Source: a virus
Lineage: Duplodnaviria; Caudoviricetes
Length of the DNA: 64,000 bases
Virus record (IMG/VR): IMGVR_UViG_2706795344_000001
Coordinates: 1 to 64,000 of that record
Strand: one strand, 5' to 3'
Shown here piece after piece: positions 27,501 through 34,839 of the stretch (position 1 is its first letter; each line of letters starts with the position of its first letter). Both the position numbers and the translations under genes were made by a program. Under the pieces are notes generated by a model. That model ran no database searches. It was not told where the DNA came from and saw only the letters and a list, made by a program, of their open reading frames with translations.

Positions 27501-28296
27501 AGATGGTTCTAACGACCCACAAATTACTCCAGCTGTGTTCCCAATTACCAATGTAGCTAAGCGTATTTCACATACGTTTACATCATCTACTGCTGCTAAA
27601 ACATCTTTCAACGTGTTGATTGGCCCACAAAATGGTGTAGCTGGTGATATCTACTTAACAGACATCATGTTCACTGAAGGTAACGTTGCTACGGCATGGA
27701 GTCCTTCTAATGATGAGATCAATGATGGTTTATCTGCTAACGCTAAAGCTGTCAGTGATCTAAGTGTTGAAGTAGGTAAGGTTGACGGCAGAGTCACTAC
27801 TGTAGCTAAATCTGTGACAACCCTTGAGGGTAAGGTTGGTGATAACTCAGCTGCACTTGAAACTCAAGGTCTAGTTATCGATGGATTGAAAGTAAGGTGG
27901 TCTGTTAAAGCTGACGTAAATGGTATGGTGTCTGGTGTTGCAATGAACAACGATGGTAAGACTGCTGATTTCATTATCAGGGCCAACACCTTCGCCATTG
28001 CTCCTCCAACGAATGCCAATGCTGGGGATGTTGGTAAGTACGCTTTTGTGTACAAATCAACACCACAAACCCTACCTAACGGTACAGTTATCCCAGCTGG
28101 TCTTTATGTTGATAGTTTGATGTTAGGTGAGATCAAAGCTGAAAGGATTAATGCTCAAAGTATTAGTGCTATTAGTGCAAACCTTGGAACATTTGAAACG
28201 AGTGTTTCTGGTAAAGGTAAAACAGTGATCTCTGGCACACAGTATCAAGTTTTTGATGCTGCTGGAGTTGAGAGGATTTTTTTAGGAGTTAGATAA
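18517..28296 (+). CDS. Giant fibre-like protein (3259 aa): coiled coils, repeated carbohydrate-binding-like domains and a gpJ/DUF1983-like C-terminus
   Basis: GGAG RBS before ATG 18517; repeated NL(L/W)...VQLQKGNKAT domains; WSVKADVNGMVSGVAM...FIIRANTFAI. Confidence 0.85.
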   Translation: MDNLDNGLELLSGKLVVLFLTYALALEACVNFPAGTRVKVTNDPNPDLNGEYTWDGTKLVKTTNNTLEKAKDEAEKLVDDKLETVLTPDKILDIISGLITESELDQHLRQRIDRIESVAPIIEDLKREADAVKKDLDEQLFFLESDYNNLKSYVTSLELEINTDFAGVKQQIQDLRDQVNADFQAVQQRIDQIQAEVEAKWLEIDADLKAAQDRIDAIQAEIDAKWIEVDQIKTDLNKEITDRIAAVRAETEARVADIRLLNDGLTKEIKERRDGDAALLLNIENYKTSNDAALANVREEIKVAVDTSNATAEKVVALDARVKVAEDNSGKALENSAAAVSKAQTAVDQSTATASRVDSLEADVIKAVDDSGIAIKNSATALQQSQAAVDKATATANQVTIVEAKLNTKNSTYRQNTAPTKTSHPNLTEGDIWINPAAKNEQKRWNGAAWVDINDVRVGENATAISKLESAVKTQGDTITAVSTKVDSLEASIGDMATSEALEQLKTTVVKQGTDIVANADKIVALETTVGKNQEANSKALQDLNTRVDKTDEKVAANASAITSLNSTVNASLNAVNITADLDLDKDVTYYLKSGEIAKAPDDAGTTQRVIKIGNNAGNDTLWMHPNTFLPYDPDVMYKVRAKVRRAAGSGVFYIGIAAKNADKTKYVTTANALVDDMNSSSYLVQANTATMPVGQWVEFEWYIKGRSTGSALLPPTYGTVDKPVQLPRQAGYVSPMLIANYGNLAGIVDVAYVVLETAEAYKAISANANALSSLKTDVQKNADGIKAVGEAVTNVEASVKNMDIGGQNLWTIYNKQFVQSVSASAPYINLEWLSESEEWYKATLTKDIANYQHYFINIIADTSYPMVVGEDYTVSFEMRASKVAKIYQILAYFGGLSTIANTTTSTTTDWQTITLTGKANGTATNGSYQLFGFTLLKSEGWTTNDWYEVRRVQLQKGNKATRYQKAQAGLIAGIKANAQAFSTLNATVKTQGDTISSQGQAITGLDTRINNMDGVVQGQATAIDELKTTVKQQGDSITANSQAIVGLKSDIAGKADSKALQDLTTRVEKDEEKIASNASAITSLNSTVNASVNAINITADLDLTTDVQFWRNTGEVVKVDSGVGTTGRVIKLGDNNGNDNVWMHPKAMLPFDPDVMYKVRAKIRRVSGAGTIYVGVSAKNSTKTKYVTTGNTLADDMGSSIYLLSGSAPALGQWMEYEWYVKGRSTGAAVIPATNTPESPAQMPAQTGYFTPMVIGNYQSAAGEVEVAYVVLETAEAYKAITANANALTSLKTDVQKNADGIKAVGEAITNVEAGISNIDIGGQNLWSVYRKPLSQSQIGAPYLSIQWLEDDPNGSNDPNIRWNTASEEWYKATLTKDVNFYQHYFTGMMGDTRYPIAVGEEYTVSFEMRASKAIPIAAVLAYFGALSTIVKSGETTSTDWKTYSFTAKANGTQVSGSYQLFGFNLNKSDGWTVNDWYEVRRVQLQKGNKATRFQKAQNGLITSIVANSQAFTNLSATVKTQGDTITSQGLAITGLRQDVDGKASAQALQELKNTVVTQGDAIASQGQAITSLDNTVKISAKAGTNLLINSNVVGTYDGVGYPHVVYNLGEDFEVGVQYSLIWCAEHKRGTGDTNSSLAVYAGGGSQTLQSVVNTNGKVVNRITFVKNSANLSPKNLNFYMINRPPASAGSVGTVYWAVLVKGPSVLTDVWIPSPYDYIPQATANANAITGLQTDVKANGDSIKIQAEQLTGVKATLGAHDTDSLALDYNTATPSVWESYYSYDMKQYFKTTTSGKIGPNVFRKDTTNPANCFNFNLSKIPNNRPYKVSFWARRSADSTGRFEIPVRYVRADGSVSNVGGGYGAYPITPAIPNNEVWTFVEMVIDASKVADAPQIQFGIALGHTGTSGWSEMQGYKVSPVLNAGDMDATVATAEGLQNLKTTVDKNGEDIKAQGLAITGLDAKIAGKADAQAVSELKATVDQQGKDITSNSQAITKVDSRVDGLNTGNLNLIAKGKWLNPAMSRVNQKDNYSFTLKDATAPFTDDWARFGTFPEFNVGTRYTFSFKIKVNDSVVTNVGGHINGFVAEKVLLDGVVVAGSTYTAGTPIVIPNDSKFHTVTVIMNRTGADTGIYIQPNRVTSFDKAYDVTIKEVMLTEGNMQTGWTAPPDYLGDQVEASASALSGLTTEVSRIDGVVKTQGTDIVNIKTALGGKADASALQTLQGTVIQQGKDITANSQALTGLESNLNDVQASTGQNLIWNGDFTDGLNNWALNGTTTGMSVYDWTARGTKWGRYVSSDTTTQFKGIRQVVGLAKGLKPNMTYTLSFSAHGNAGSIDKNIGVIIHRTGSTSGNNQVSGGPFVTPAGVTRHSMTFNTDGITDLVQLNVIFYAYTGYAPDFFITEVQLEEGKVATGFKKSNTEMISGISANAQAVTQLQTTTKNQGDAITAQGKQITDISVRINNMEKDNLLNPFKDATNTGNQYLQLSIPLKEPITIKTGEKISVRGKVSIEHPNALTDSQGVAFYLEGSPRFTSIPLLKQGPDQMFEGTLIVPDINNGRVISNLNVYFYPSGTAVATTKVTLHWAELFRGESIIGGTASAVQSLSATVTQNGKDIVSQGQAITQLKSSVNTLEGQMGQKADASALNNYYTKAQADTAIAGRITEFSSSLIIGGDNVLYNSEAPRSSTATSNREYLLYERSKELKAFYDQNLGQQISISFELSVPVAGTVQVYSSNGSAHTYTGSVVVAAADVGKFKRYELQVTPVAHGTTPNAPESTLEFYGVYGTGRIPTVRKVQVQAGNKATAWSPSPRDNTALLDGKITANTTAIGKVETRTATLEGTVETQGTDIRALQSKVNDPVKGIDATAIAMGKLDTRVKTTEDSIVAQGKSITQVEADLKNITAGGSNLLKNGNFASTPDLANWGNWGGTNATRSVTTISGKKWVRITANNTATFRGISQATPVNSFKRGVQYTITFTAQSVGATGGVQLVIHQTGDGSNDPQITPAVFPITNVAKRISHTFTSSTAAKTSFNVLIGPQNGVAGDIYLTDIMFTEGNVATAWSPSNDEINDGLSANAKAVSDLSVEVGKVDGRVTTVAKSVTTLEGKVGDNSAALETQGLVIDGLKVRWSVKADVNGMVSGVAMNNDGKTADFIIRANTFAIAPPTNANAGDVGKYAFVYKSTPQTLPNGTVIPAGLYVDSLMLGEIKAERINAQSISAISANLGTFETSVSGKGKTVISGTQYQVFDAAGVERIFLGVR
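20131..23120 (+). repeat. Intragenic tandem duplication (~1560-nt offset)
   Basis: aaagctctacaagatttaaacacacgtgtt (20131) matches aaagccttacaagacttgacaacacgtgtt (21691); a two-domain unit is repeated. Confidence 0.9.
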
Positions 28297-28712
28297 TGGC
28301 TGCACAATTTATTATTCGTGATGCCAATGGTGTCGTGGTATTAGATTTGTCATATCGAATTACTAGATTAACCATTGACTATAGTCGAACTACAAACCCT
28401 AGTACTGTACCTCAACCTGAACTCATTAAAGTTGGGACCAAAGCTGATAGAGCCAGCATTTGGTTCCTGACTAGATTCAGTAAGACAGCTCGATATTACA
28501 ATGAGAATATAGAAGGTGGGTGTTTTCCTTCCTTTGCCGTTTATTTGATTGATAAAGAAGAGCTTAGAGTATCTGACTTTGGTTCAGGGTTTAAAGACCC
28601 AATTATGGCTAGGATGGATGATGTATCATTATATTTAATGATTGTTGACACACGAAATTCTGCTGCAACAGGATATCAGAATAGTGTGACTATTGATGTG
28701 GGGAGGTATTGA
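28296..28712 (+). CDS. Fibre-tip accessory protein
   Basis: IRDANGVVVLDLSYRITR is typical of small genes following gpJ-like fibres. Confidence 0.6.
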   Translation: MAAQFIIRDANGVVVLDLSYRITRLTIDYSRTTNPSTVPQPELIKVGTKADRASIWFLTRFSKTARYYNENIEGGCFPSFAVYLIDKEELRVSDFGSGFKDPIMARMDDVSLYLMIVDTRNSAATGYQNSVTIDVGRY

Positions 28713-29503
28713 TGGCTGAGTATTTAAAAATTGTTAATGACTCTGGCTTTGTTATGATTGATGACAGTTTTCAAAATTACCATTTTTTGGAAAAAAGGCA
28801 GATAGATACAAAGACCTTACCTCATTATTCCACAGGATATGGTGGGACAACATTGGAAGACTCAAACGGCTTCACATTATGTGAATATGTTTTTAATGTT
28901 ACAAGTATTAAAAAACCTGTTGTAGCTTATAGGTCTGGCATTCTTCCTGCCGAAGATGATGATATCATGGCTATTACTTTCACCGAAACTACACCTAACA
29001 ACTGGAAAATTAAAGTGATGTTCGACAATTACTTTAGCTCTGGTACAGGTGTTTACAAGAAGCCTGTTATTTATATCTTTGGCCTACTACCACCAAATGC
29101 AACACCATCCACAGGTACAGTTTTTCAAGTTAAAAATTCTGCTGGAGAGTTGATCTTTGATAGTGGTAGAAAGCCTATGACTGTTGTAGATTTCAAGTCT
29201 TTTATTACACCAGCTAAGTGGGGTAATGGTTCGGATTTTACACCAAAGAAGTTCCCTATCCCTAATTGGGATGCAAATCGTGTGTATGCGATTATTCCAT
29301 GTACATTCATGTTTAATGTTGTGTACCGAAACCCTAACTTCTATTACTATTACTCAACTTATAGTTATATTAATAGAAATGATGGCACTGTTTACGTGTA
29401 CCCAACACAGTGTGGAATTAACAACATTATGTGGGCACAAGACTACCCATCCATGACTTCTTATTTTCACTCTTACATTCTAATCGATGTCACAGGATAT
29501 TAA
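28712..29503 (+). CDS. Fibre-tip accessory protein
   Basis: LKIVNDSGFVMID, QVKNSAGELIFDSG, LIDVTGY end. Confidence 0.6.
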   Translation: MAEYLKIVNDSGFVMIDDSFQNYHFLEKRQIDTKTLPHYSTGYGGTTLEDSNGFTLCEYVFNVTSIKKPVVAYRSGILPAEDDDIMAITFTETTPNNWKIKVMFDNYFSSGTGVYKKPVIYIFGLLPPNATPSTGTVFQVKNSAGELIFDSGRKPMTVVDFKSFITPAKWGNGSDFTPKKFPIPNWDANRVYAIIPCTFMFNVVYRNPNFYYYYSTYSYINRNDGTVYVYPTQCGINNIMWAQDYPSMTSYFHSYILIDVTGY

Positions 29504-29512
29504 GGAGATCAT

Positions 29513-29992
29513 ATGGCTTTAAGTGAAATTGAAAAGCTTAGGTTAGCTGCTGGTGATACAGACCCAGACTACCCTTGGCTTACAGATGAACAATATCAAT
29601 ATTTTATTGACGAGTTCCCAAATAAACGAAAACGTTCAAAAGCGATTGATTTAGCTCTATTGGCTGTCAAAGCTAATGACGTTCACGAAAGGTCAGGACA
29701 GGAAGAACGTTGGGGCAACCAAGCGTTTGAAGGAAGTCTTGCACTGGTTAAACTGAAATGGAAAGACCCAGCATTCAATGGTGTTCAAGCAATTCCAAGC
29801 TTTGGTGGAACTTCTCGTGAAGAGATGTATGACCTTGCCACTGATTGTGACCGAGTTCCAGATACATTTTATAAGGGTGAGAGTTTTGGCAAGGCTGAGT
29901 GGCAGACACTTAGAGTGTTTAGGTACTTAGGTCGAAATGATGAGCCTTATCCATATTCTTGGCCTTATATGAGGATTCCATATGTCTTTTAA
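29513..29992 (+). CDS. Head-tail adaptor protein
   Basis: LRLAAGDTD...WLTDEQYQYF; position. Confidence 0.65.
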   Translation: MALSEIEKLRLAAGDTDPDYPWLTDEQYQYFIDEFPNKRKRSKAIDLALLAVKANDVHERSGQEERWGNQAFEGSLALVKLKWKDPAFNGVQAIPSFGGTSREEMYDLATDCDRVPDTFYKGESFGKAEWQTLRVFRYLGRNDEPYPYSWPYMRIPYVF

Positions 29993-30509
29993 CTTTAAGA
30001 TGTCTGGCAACATGAAGGGACTTAAGGATTTACAAAGGAGGTTGAATAAAGTTGCGAAGACGGAAGTTGAATGGGGTTGGATTAACGGTAAAGCATATCC
30101 CAGAAGCGATATTAACGGTAGGGGTGGAATCCCTTTCGCTATTGTTGCAATTCATAACGAGTTTGGTTCATATGTTAAAAACATGAAGAACAATGGAAAG
30201 TATCTTTATATTCCACCTAGACCATACTTCCAACAGTCCACACAGAATTCAGCCTCCTATTTAGCCTCAGAAGCTCGTGAGCTTGCAGAATCAGTCTTGA
30301 TCGATGGAACGTACAAGGCGAAGTTAAAAGAGCTAGGAGAAGGAAATGTGGGCATTCTGAAGGGTAGTATTGCTCGACAGAACATGACACCTCTACATCC
30401 AAAGACAATTGGATATAAAGGAGATGACACCCAATGGAAAGACACGGGTCTTATGATTAAAAACATTTCCAGTCAGGTAGTTTACAAACGAGCTGATTAT
30501 AAGGGGTAG
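29982..30509 (+). CDS. Neck or tail completion protein
   Basis: HNEFG, IPPRPYF, DTGLM motifs. Confidence 0.75.
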   Translation: MSFNFKMSGNMKGLKDLQRRLNKVAKTEVEWGWINGKAYPRSDINGRGGIPFAIVAIHNEFGSYVKNMKNNGKYLYIPPRPYFQQSTQNSASYLASEARELAESVLIDGTYKAKLKELGEGNVGILKGSIARQNMTPLHPKTIGYKGDDTQWKDTGLMIKNISSQVVYKRADYKG

Positions 30510-30511
30510 TT

Positions 30512-30907
30512 ATGAGCAGAATGAAATTAGGAAGGAAAGCATATAATGTCCTACGTTACGTTAGTGGTGATTATGATGCTGATGGTGTATGGACAGGAGA
30601 ACGATGGATTTTAGTACCAATCCGAGCTAGTAGACATGGAGGTTTATTTTGGAATGGTATGTCATTCACCTCAGCTGGTGATACATCCAAACAAGCTTTA
30701 TCTGTAAGGAGTGACCAACCTCTATATCAAGCTTCACCAACTGAGAATGGTGGGAACGGTATGTTAGCTGACATTTTCATTGATGACGACGGTTCACAAT
30801 GGGAAGTTAGAGATTGTAGGAAATACGTCAACCTCCGAGCTACCAAACATTGGGAAGCTATGTGTGTGAGGCTTGACCAAAGCGAATTGAAAAGGATTCC
30901 AGAATGA
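30512..30907 (+). CDS. Head closure protein
   Basis: GDYDADGVW...WEV pattern; position. Confidence 0.6.
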   Translation: MSRMKLGRKAYNVLRYVSGDYDADGVWTGERWILVPIRASRHGGLFWNGMSFTSAGDTSKQALSVRSDQPLYQASPTENGGNGMLADIFIDDDGSQWEVRDCRKYVNLRATKHWEAMCVRLDQSELKRIPE

Positions 30908-31437
30908 TTGAGTCAGTTATTGTTCGAGCCATTCGTGACTTGAACCCTACACTAACCCACATCGTTGGCGGTCAGAATGGATATCACCCAAACACAGTAT
31001 TTATTATTGTTGAAGAATTTGATTCTTATTTAGTTGGAACCCCTACCAAAGAGTTATCTTCTCGTACAGGTAAATGGTTGAAACAACAAACTAAGGAATA
31101 TGTAGTCAGAATTGGTGTTCAAGGAAAGAAAAACGAAAATCCACAAGAGATTGCAGAAATGCTTCAGCTTAGGATGGATACACCAAAGATTAGGCAACTG
31201 GTTTTCGACGAAGGGTACTCAATGGTTATTGACAAGCAGTTAACACCTTTAACCATGGTGATTAACACTGATCAATATCCAAGATATTCATTTTCTGTCA
31301 AGTTAAGAACAAGCATCTCATTCGAAGTCGAGCAAGACACAATTCTTGGAGTCGGTGTCGAAGGTACGTTTGTCCAAAAACATGGTGGTGTTATCGAAGA
31401 GTATGAGGAAGTTATCCCGAAGGATAGCTCAACTTAA
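30904..31437 (+). CDS. Tail terminator protein
   Basis: Immediately before the sheath gene. Confidence 0.55.
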   Translation: MIESVIVRAIRDLNPTLTHIVGGQNGYHPNTVFIIVEEFDSYLVGTPTKELSSRTGKWLKQQTKEYVVRIGVQGKKNENPQEIAEMLQLRMDTPKIRQLVFDEGYSMVIDKQLTPLTMVINTDQYPRYSFSVKLRTSISFEVEQDTILGVGVEGTFVQKHGGVIEEYEEVIPKDSST

Positions 31438-31459
31438 CTTCATTTAAAAGGAAGAAATT

Positions 31460-32533
31460 ATGGATTTTATGAAAGATATTATTGATGTACAGGTTACAAA
31501 CGTAACAGGTAACACCAATACGGCAGATTTGAACACACCATTGATCATTGCCAAACATACAGTATTTACAGCACCTGAACGCTATCGTGTCTACACTGAA
31601 GCTGCTGATGCTAAAGCTGATGGATTTGCTGCCACATCATACGTGTACAAATCATTGTTATGTGCATTCTCACAGATTCGACGTCCAACTCGTATCGTGG
31701 TTGCTCAAGGTTTAGCTGCTGCTGCCACTGTTGCTGATTATGTTAGCACATTTGATCAGATGCAAACAATCCCACAAGGATGGTTATGGGTAGTTTCAGA
31801 CTTACGTGTTCCTGCTGACCAGTTGACATTTGCTAAAGCTGTTCAAGCTACTGAGAAATTCTATGTGGCTGCTACAAGCTCTGCTGATGCGATTGACGTT
31901 TCTAAGGCAACTGATATTGGTTCATTGATTGTCAAAGAGCAGCTTACACAAACATATGCTTGGTTCGATGTTCCAGACACTGATCTCGTTTCATACAGTG
32001 CGACAGAGATTGCATTGATTGCCCGTTGTGGTGGAGATACTGCTGGTACAGTTCAATTCTTGATGAAAGAGTTGGTTGGTGTTCCAAGCCCAGATGCAAT
32101 TGTTAAGACAAAAACTCATCAAAATACTTTAACAGCTAAAGGGTACACATTCGCTGCTGTTGGTAATAAGAAAGTCTACTCTTACGGTTCAGGTAAGGTA
32201 GGTAACGGTGAGTGGATTGATATTCGCTTAGCAGTTACATGGATTGTAACAAACATCCGTGAACGAGTGTTCAACTTAATCACTGGTGTTGACAAGCTTC
32301 CAATGGAAAACGATGGTGCTACAGCTATCGAATCGGTGGTTCGTTCAGTACTTATGGAAGGTCGTGATCTTGGTATTATCGCTCGTGATACTCCAATCAC
32401 AGTAACTGTCCCAGACGTTACAGCGTTGACCAAAGCACAACGTGCTTCACGTATCTTGCCAAGAGTTCGCTTCACAGCTCGTCTATCTGGAGCGATCATC
32501 GGTACAGTTATCCGTGGTGAGGTGTACGAGTAA
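31460..32533 (+). CDS. Tail sheath protein (DUF3383-like)
   Basis: GEWIDIRLAVTW...RFTARLSGAI. Confidence 0.88.
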   Translation: MDFMKDIIDVQVTNVTGNTNTADLNTPLIIAKHTVFTAPERYRVYTEAADAKADGFAATSYVYKSLLCAFSQIRRPTRIVVAQGLAAAATVADYVSTFDQMQTIPQGWLWVVSDLRVPADQLTFAKAVQATEKFYVAATSSADAIDVSKATDIGSLIVKEQLTQTYAWFDVPDTDLVSYSATEIALIARCGGDTAGTVQFLMKELVGVPSPDAIVKTKTHQNTLTAKGYTFAAVGNKKVYSYGSGKVGNGEWIDIRLAVTWIVTNIRERVFNLITGVDKLPMENDGATAIESVVRSVLMEGRDLGIIARDTPITVTVPDVTALTKAQRASRILPRVRFTARLSGAIIGTVIRGEVYE

Positions 32534-32582
32534 TCGTACCCTCTCAGGTAATAAATTTTTAGCAATTGCGAGGAAATAATAT

Positions 32583-33113
32583 ATGGCTAGTAAAACTGGT
32601 GTTTATGATTTTAGCAAAACAATCATGACAATTAAGCACCCTCTGTACGATGGTATCGTGTTGATCGACGGTTTCATGACTGGTACGAATATCGTAGTTG
32701 GTCGTAGTGACCCACGATGGAATAACCAATCGTCAGGTGATGCTAAATCTTCAACGTTGATTCGTAACCCTAAGAACAACGGCACGATCACCTTTACGTT
32801 GAACCAATCAACAGACTCTTTGGCTAAGTTAAACGCCATCGTACAACATGCCAATGAGAGTGATGGTCGTGACATCCTGTTCGAAGTAACCTTGGCTGAT
32901 AAATCTTCAGGTTCTATTCACTATAGCCGTGAGGCGATTGTTGGTGAGCCAGAGTCTATCGAGTACGGTGAAGATGAGAATGGTCGTGAGTTCCAGATTC
33001 AATGTGGTGACTTGTTCTCTAACTTGAATGGTGCAGCTCGTGTACCACAAGAAACTATGCGATTCATCAATGCTTTAGGCTTCACACTTGATGAAACACG
33101 TGTAGCTCAATAA
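32583..33113 (+). CDS. Tail tube protein (DUF3277-like)
   Basis: YD...GTITFTLNQST; follows the sheath gene. Confidence 0.75.
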   Translation: MASKTGVYDFSKTIMTIKHPLYDGIVLIDGFMTGTNIVVGRSDPRWNNQSSGDAKSSTLIRNPKNNGTITFTLNQSTDSLAKLNAIVQHANESDGRDILFEVTLADKSSGSIHYSREAIVGEPESIEYGEDENGREFQIQCGDLFSNLNGAARVPQETMRFINALGFTLDETRVAQ

Positions 33114-33123
33114 GGAGTAACAA

Positions 33124-33693
33124 ATGAGTATTTCATTACTAGACCCCAACAAGCTTAGTTTAACTATTCTTGGATGTAAAGTAGAGGGTTTCTCCCAAGG
33201 CTCATTTGTCACGATGGAGAAAGAAACCCCGACGTTCAAAACCAAGAAATCGCTTAAAGGGTCTAAGCTTGTTGAACGTGATATCCATTCGGACTATCAA
33301 TTTGTTTTTAGGTTAGATAACACTGCTGGAGCCAATACATGGCTCCATGCAATCTACAAGCTACAAGAGGCTTATGGAATTATCTTCCCTGTTCCAATTA
33401 TTTACAAAGATATGAATGGTGTGAACTCATTCTTCTGCCCTTCAGCAATTTTACAAGAGCCTAGAGTTGAGCAAGGTGGCGAGGTCTACCCGACTGAATG
33501 GTCTTTAATTTGTCCAAAGGCAGTTACAACAATCGGTGGTAGTGCTATCGACGATAGAGTCGCTAAGACACTCCAGATGATTTCTACATTTGTACAGGCA
33601 GCTAGTTTAATCGATATTGATATGTCTAGTGTTTCAAGTATTGCAGAGTCAATCAAGGAACGTGCCACTTCTGCATGGGGGAACTTATTTTGA
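33124..33693 (+). CDS. Tube-like virion protein
   Basis: LDPNKLSLTILGCKVEGFSQGSFV. Confidence 0.6.
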   Translation: MSISLLDPNKLSLTILGCKVEGFSQGSFVTMEKETPTFKTKKSLKGSKLVERDIHSDYQFVFRLDNTAGANTWLHAIYKLQEAYGIIFPVPIIYKDMNGVNSFFCPSAILQEPRVEQGGEVYPTEWSLICPKAVTTIGGSAIDDRVAKTLQMISTFVQAASLIDIDMSSVSSIAESIKERATSAWGNLF

Positions 33694-34142
33694 ACTTCGA
33701 TATGATTGATAAGATTCTCCAGAAGGTTGGGTTCTATAACTTCAACCCTTCAGACGTGGACTTCACTGTCGCTGGATATCAAATGTCAGACTTCACATCC
33801 TTGACAATCGTTCCTACACAAAGACGTGTGACGATTCAAGGTATTGATCGACTGTACCACACATATGCTGACCTTCCTTCTTATTACAAGATTTCATTCT
33901 CACTCCTAGCAGTATGTAAGGATGTGGAGATGATGGAATTACTCGCTACTACACTAAATGAGAAAGGTGGTGGCTTTGAGATTGTAATTAAGAGTAATGG
34001 TAGGTTTGTTGGTAACTTTAGAGGTTACTTTGAATTAGATTCTGCTGACTCATTCAATGAGGAAGCTAACGATAAAACATACGATATTGTAGCCATCAAA
34101 ACTGAGGCTAATATCATCCAATCAGATTTAGGAGATGAATAA
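33675..34142 (+). CDS. Tube-like virion protein
   Basis: FNPSDVDFTVAGYQMSDF. Confidence 0.55.
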   Translation: MGELILNFDMIDKILQKVGFYNFNPSDVDFTVAGYQMSDFTSLTIVPTQRRVTIQGIDRLYHTYADLPSYYKISFSLLAVCKDVEMMELLATTLNEKGGGFEIVIKSNGRFVGNFRGYFELDSADSFNEEANDKTYDIVAIKTEANIIQSDLGDE

Positions 34143-34615
34143 TGTTAAAGCCAAAGGTTACAGATTTCCAAGGTAAAAACGGACAACGGATTGTAGATTA
34201 TGGTGAAGGCCGTATTTACGTCATTAAGCCATTTAAAGGTAAGAAAGGTACTACCCTAGCGCTTAAGCTTACAAAATATGCCTCTGGCGCATTTGGTGGC
34301 ATTCTGGCAGGTGTTTTAGACCAGATTCAGGGTGGTACAGAGGTTGAGAAGCTTGACACTGTAGGTTTGATGATTTCAGGTGTTTTAGATGGTGCATTCC
34401 AAGAATTGGATGACCCAGACTTCTTAGCATTCTTCTTTGACCTATTCTCAGAAGTATATCGTGATAACTCTCCTATTGATTATGATGAAGAGTTCACACT
34501 TGAGCAAGAGTTACCAATCGATCTTATCCGTCACATTGTTACGTATAACTTCAGATCGGTTTTTCAGCGTCTCGGTATCGCTGCGCTCTTAAAGAAAAAG
34601 GTTCAAGCAGAGTAA
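34142..34615 (+). CDS. Tail assembly chaperone (G-like)
   Basis: Lies before the tape measure gene; an overlapping -1 frame follows. Confidence 0.7.
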   Translation: MLKPKVTDFQGKNGQRIVDYGEGRIYVIKPFKGKKGTTLALKLTKYASGAFGGILAGVLDQIQGGTEVEKLDTVGLMISGVLDGAFQELDDPDFLAFFFDLFSEVYRDNSPIDYDEEFTLEQELPIDLIRHIVTYNFRSVFQRLGIAALLKKKVQAE

Positions 34616-34839
34616 AGGATACGAGGGTAAACAACAAAGAATATGAAAGATTGGAGGCTAATCTTTCATTACCTAAAGAATGGGTACACATCTTAAATGC
34701 TGAAAAACCTTTGCTTTCTTTAGAGTATCTAATCAACGATGCCACACTCGAAGATGTATATGACGCTTTAGAGATGATGGAAGTACAGAAGTATCTGAAA
34801 ATAGAAGCGGAGAAATTCGAGGATGACAACAAAGGTTGA
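34549..34839 (+). CDS. Tail chaperone -1 frameshift extension (T-like)
   Basis: The -1 frame is open from 34549; TLEDVYDALEMME. Confidence 0.6.
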   Translation, partial: LQIGFSASRYRCALKEKGSSRVKDTRVNNKEYERLEANLSLPKEWVHILNAEKPLLSLEYLINDATLEDVYDALEMMEVQKYLKIEAEKFEDDNKG

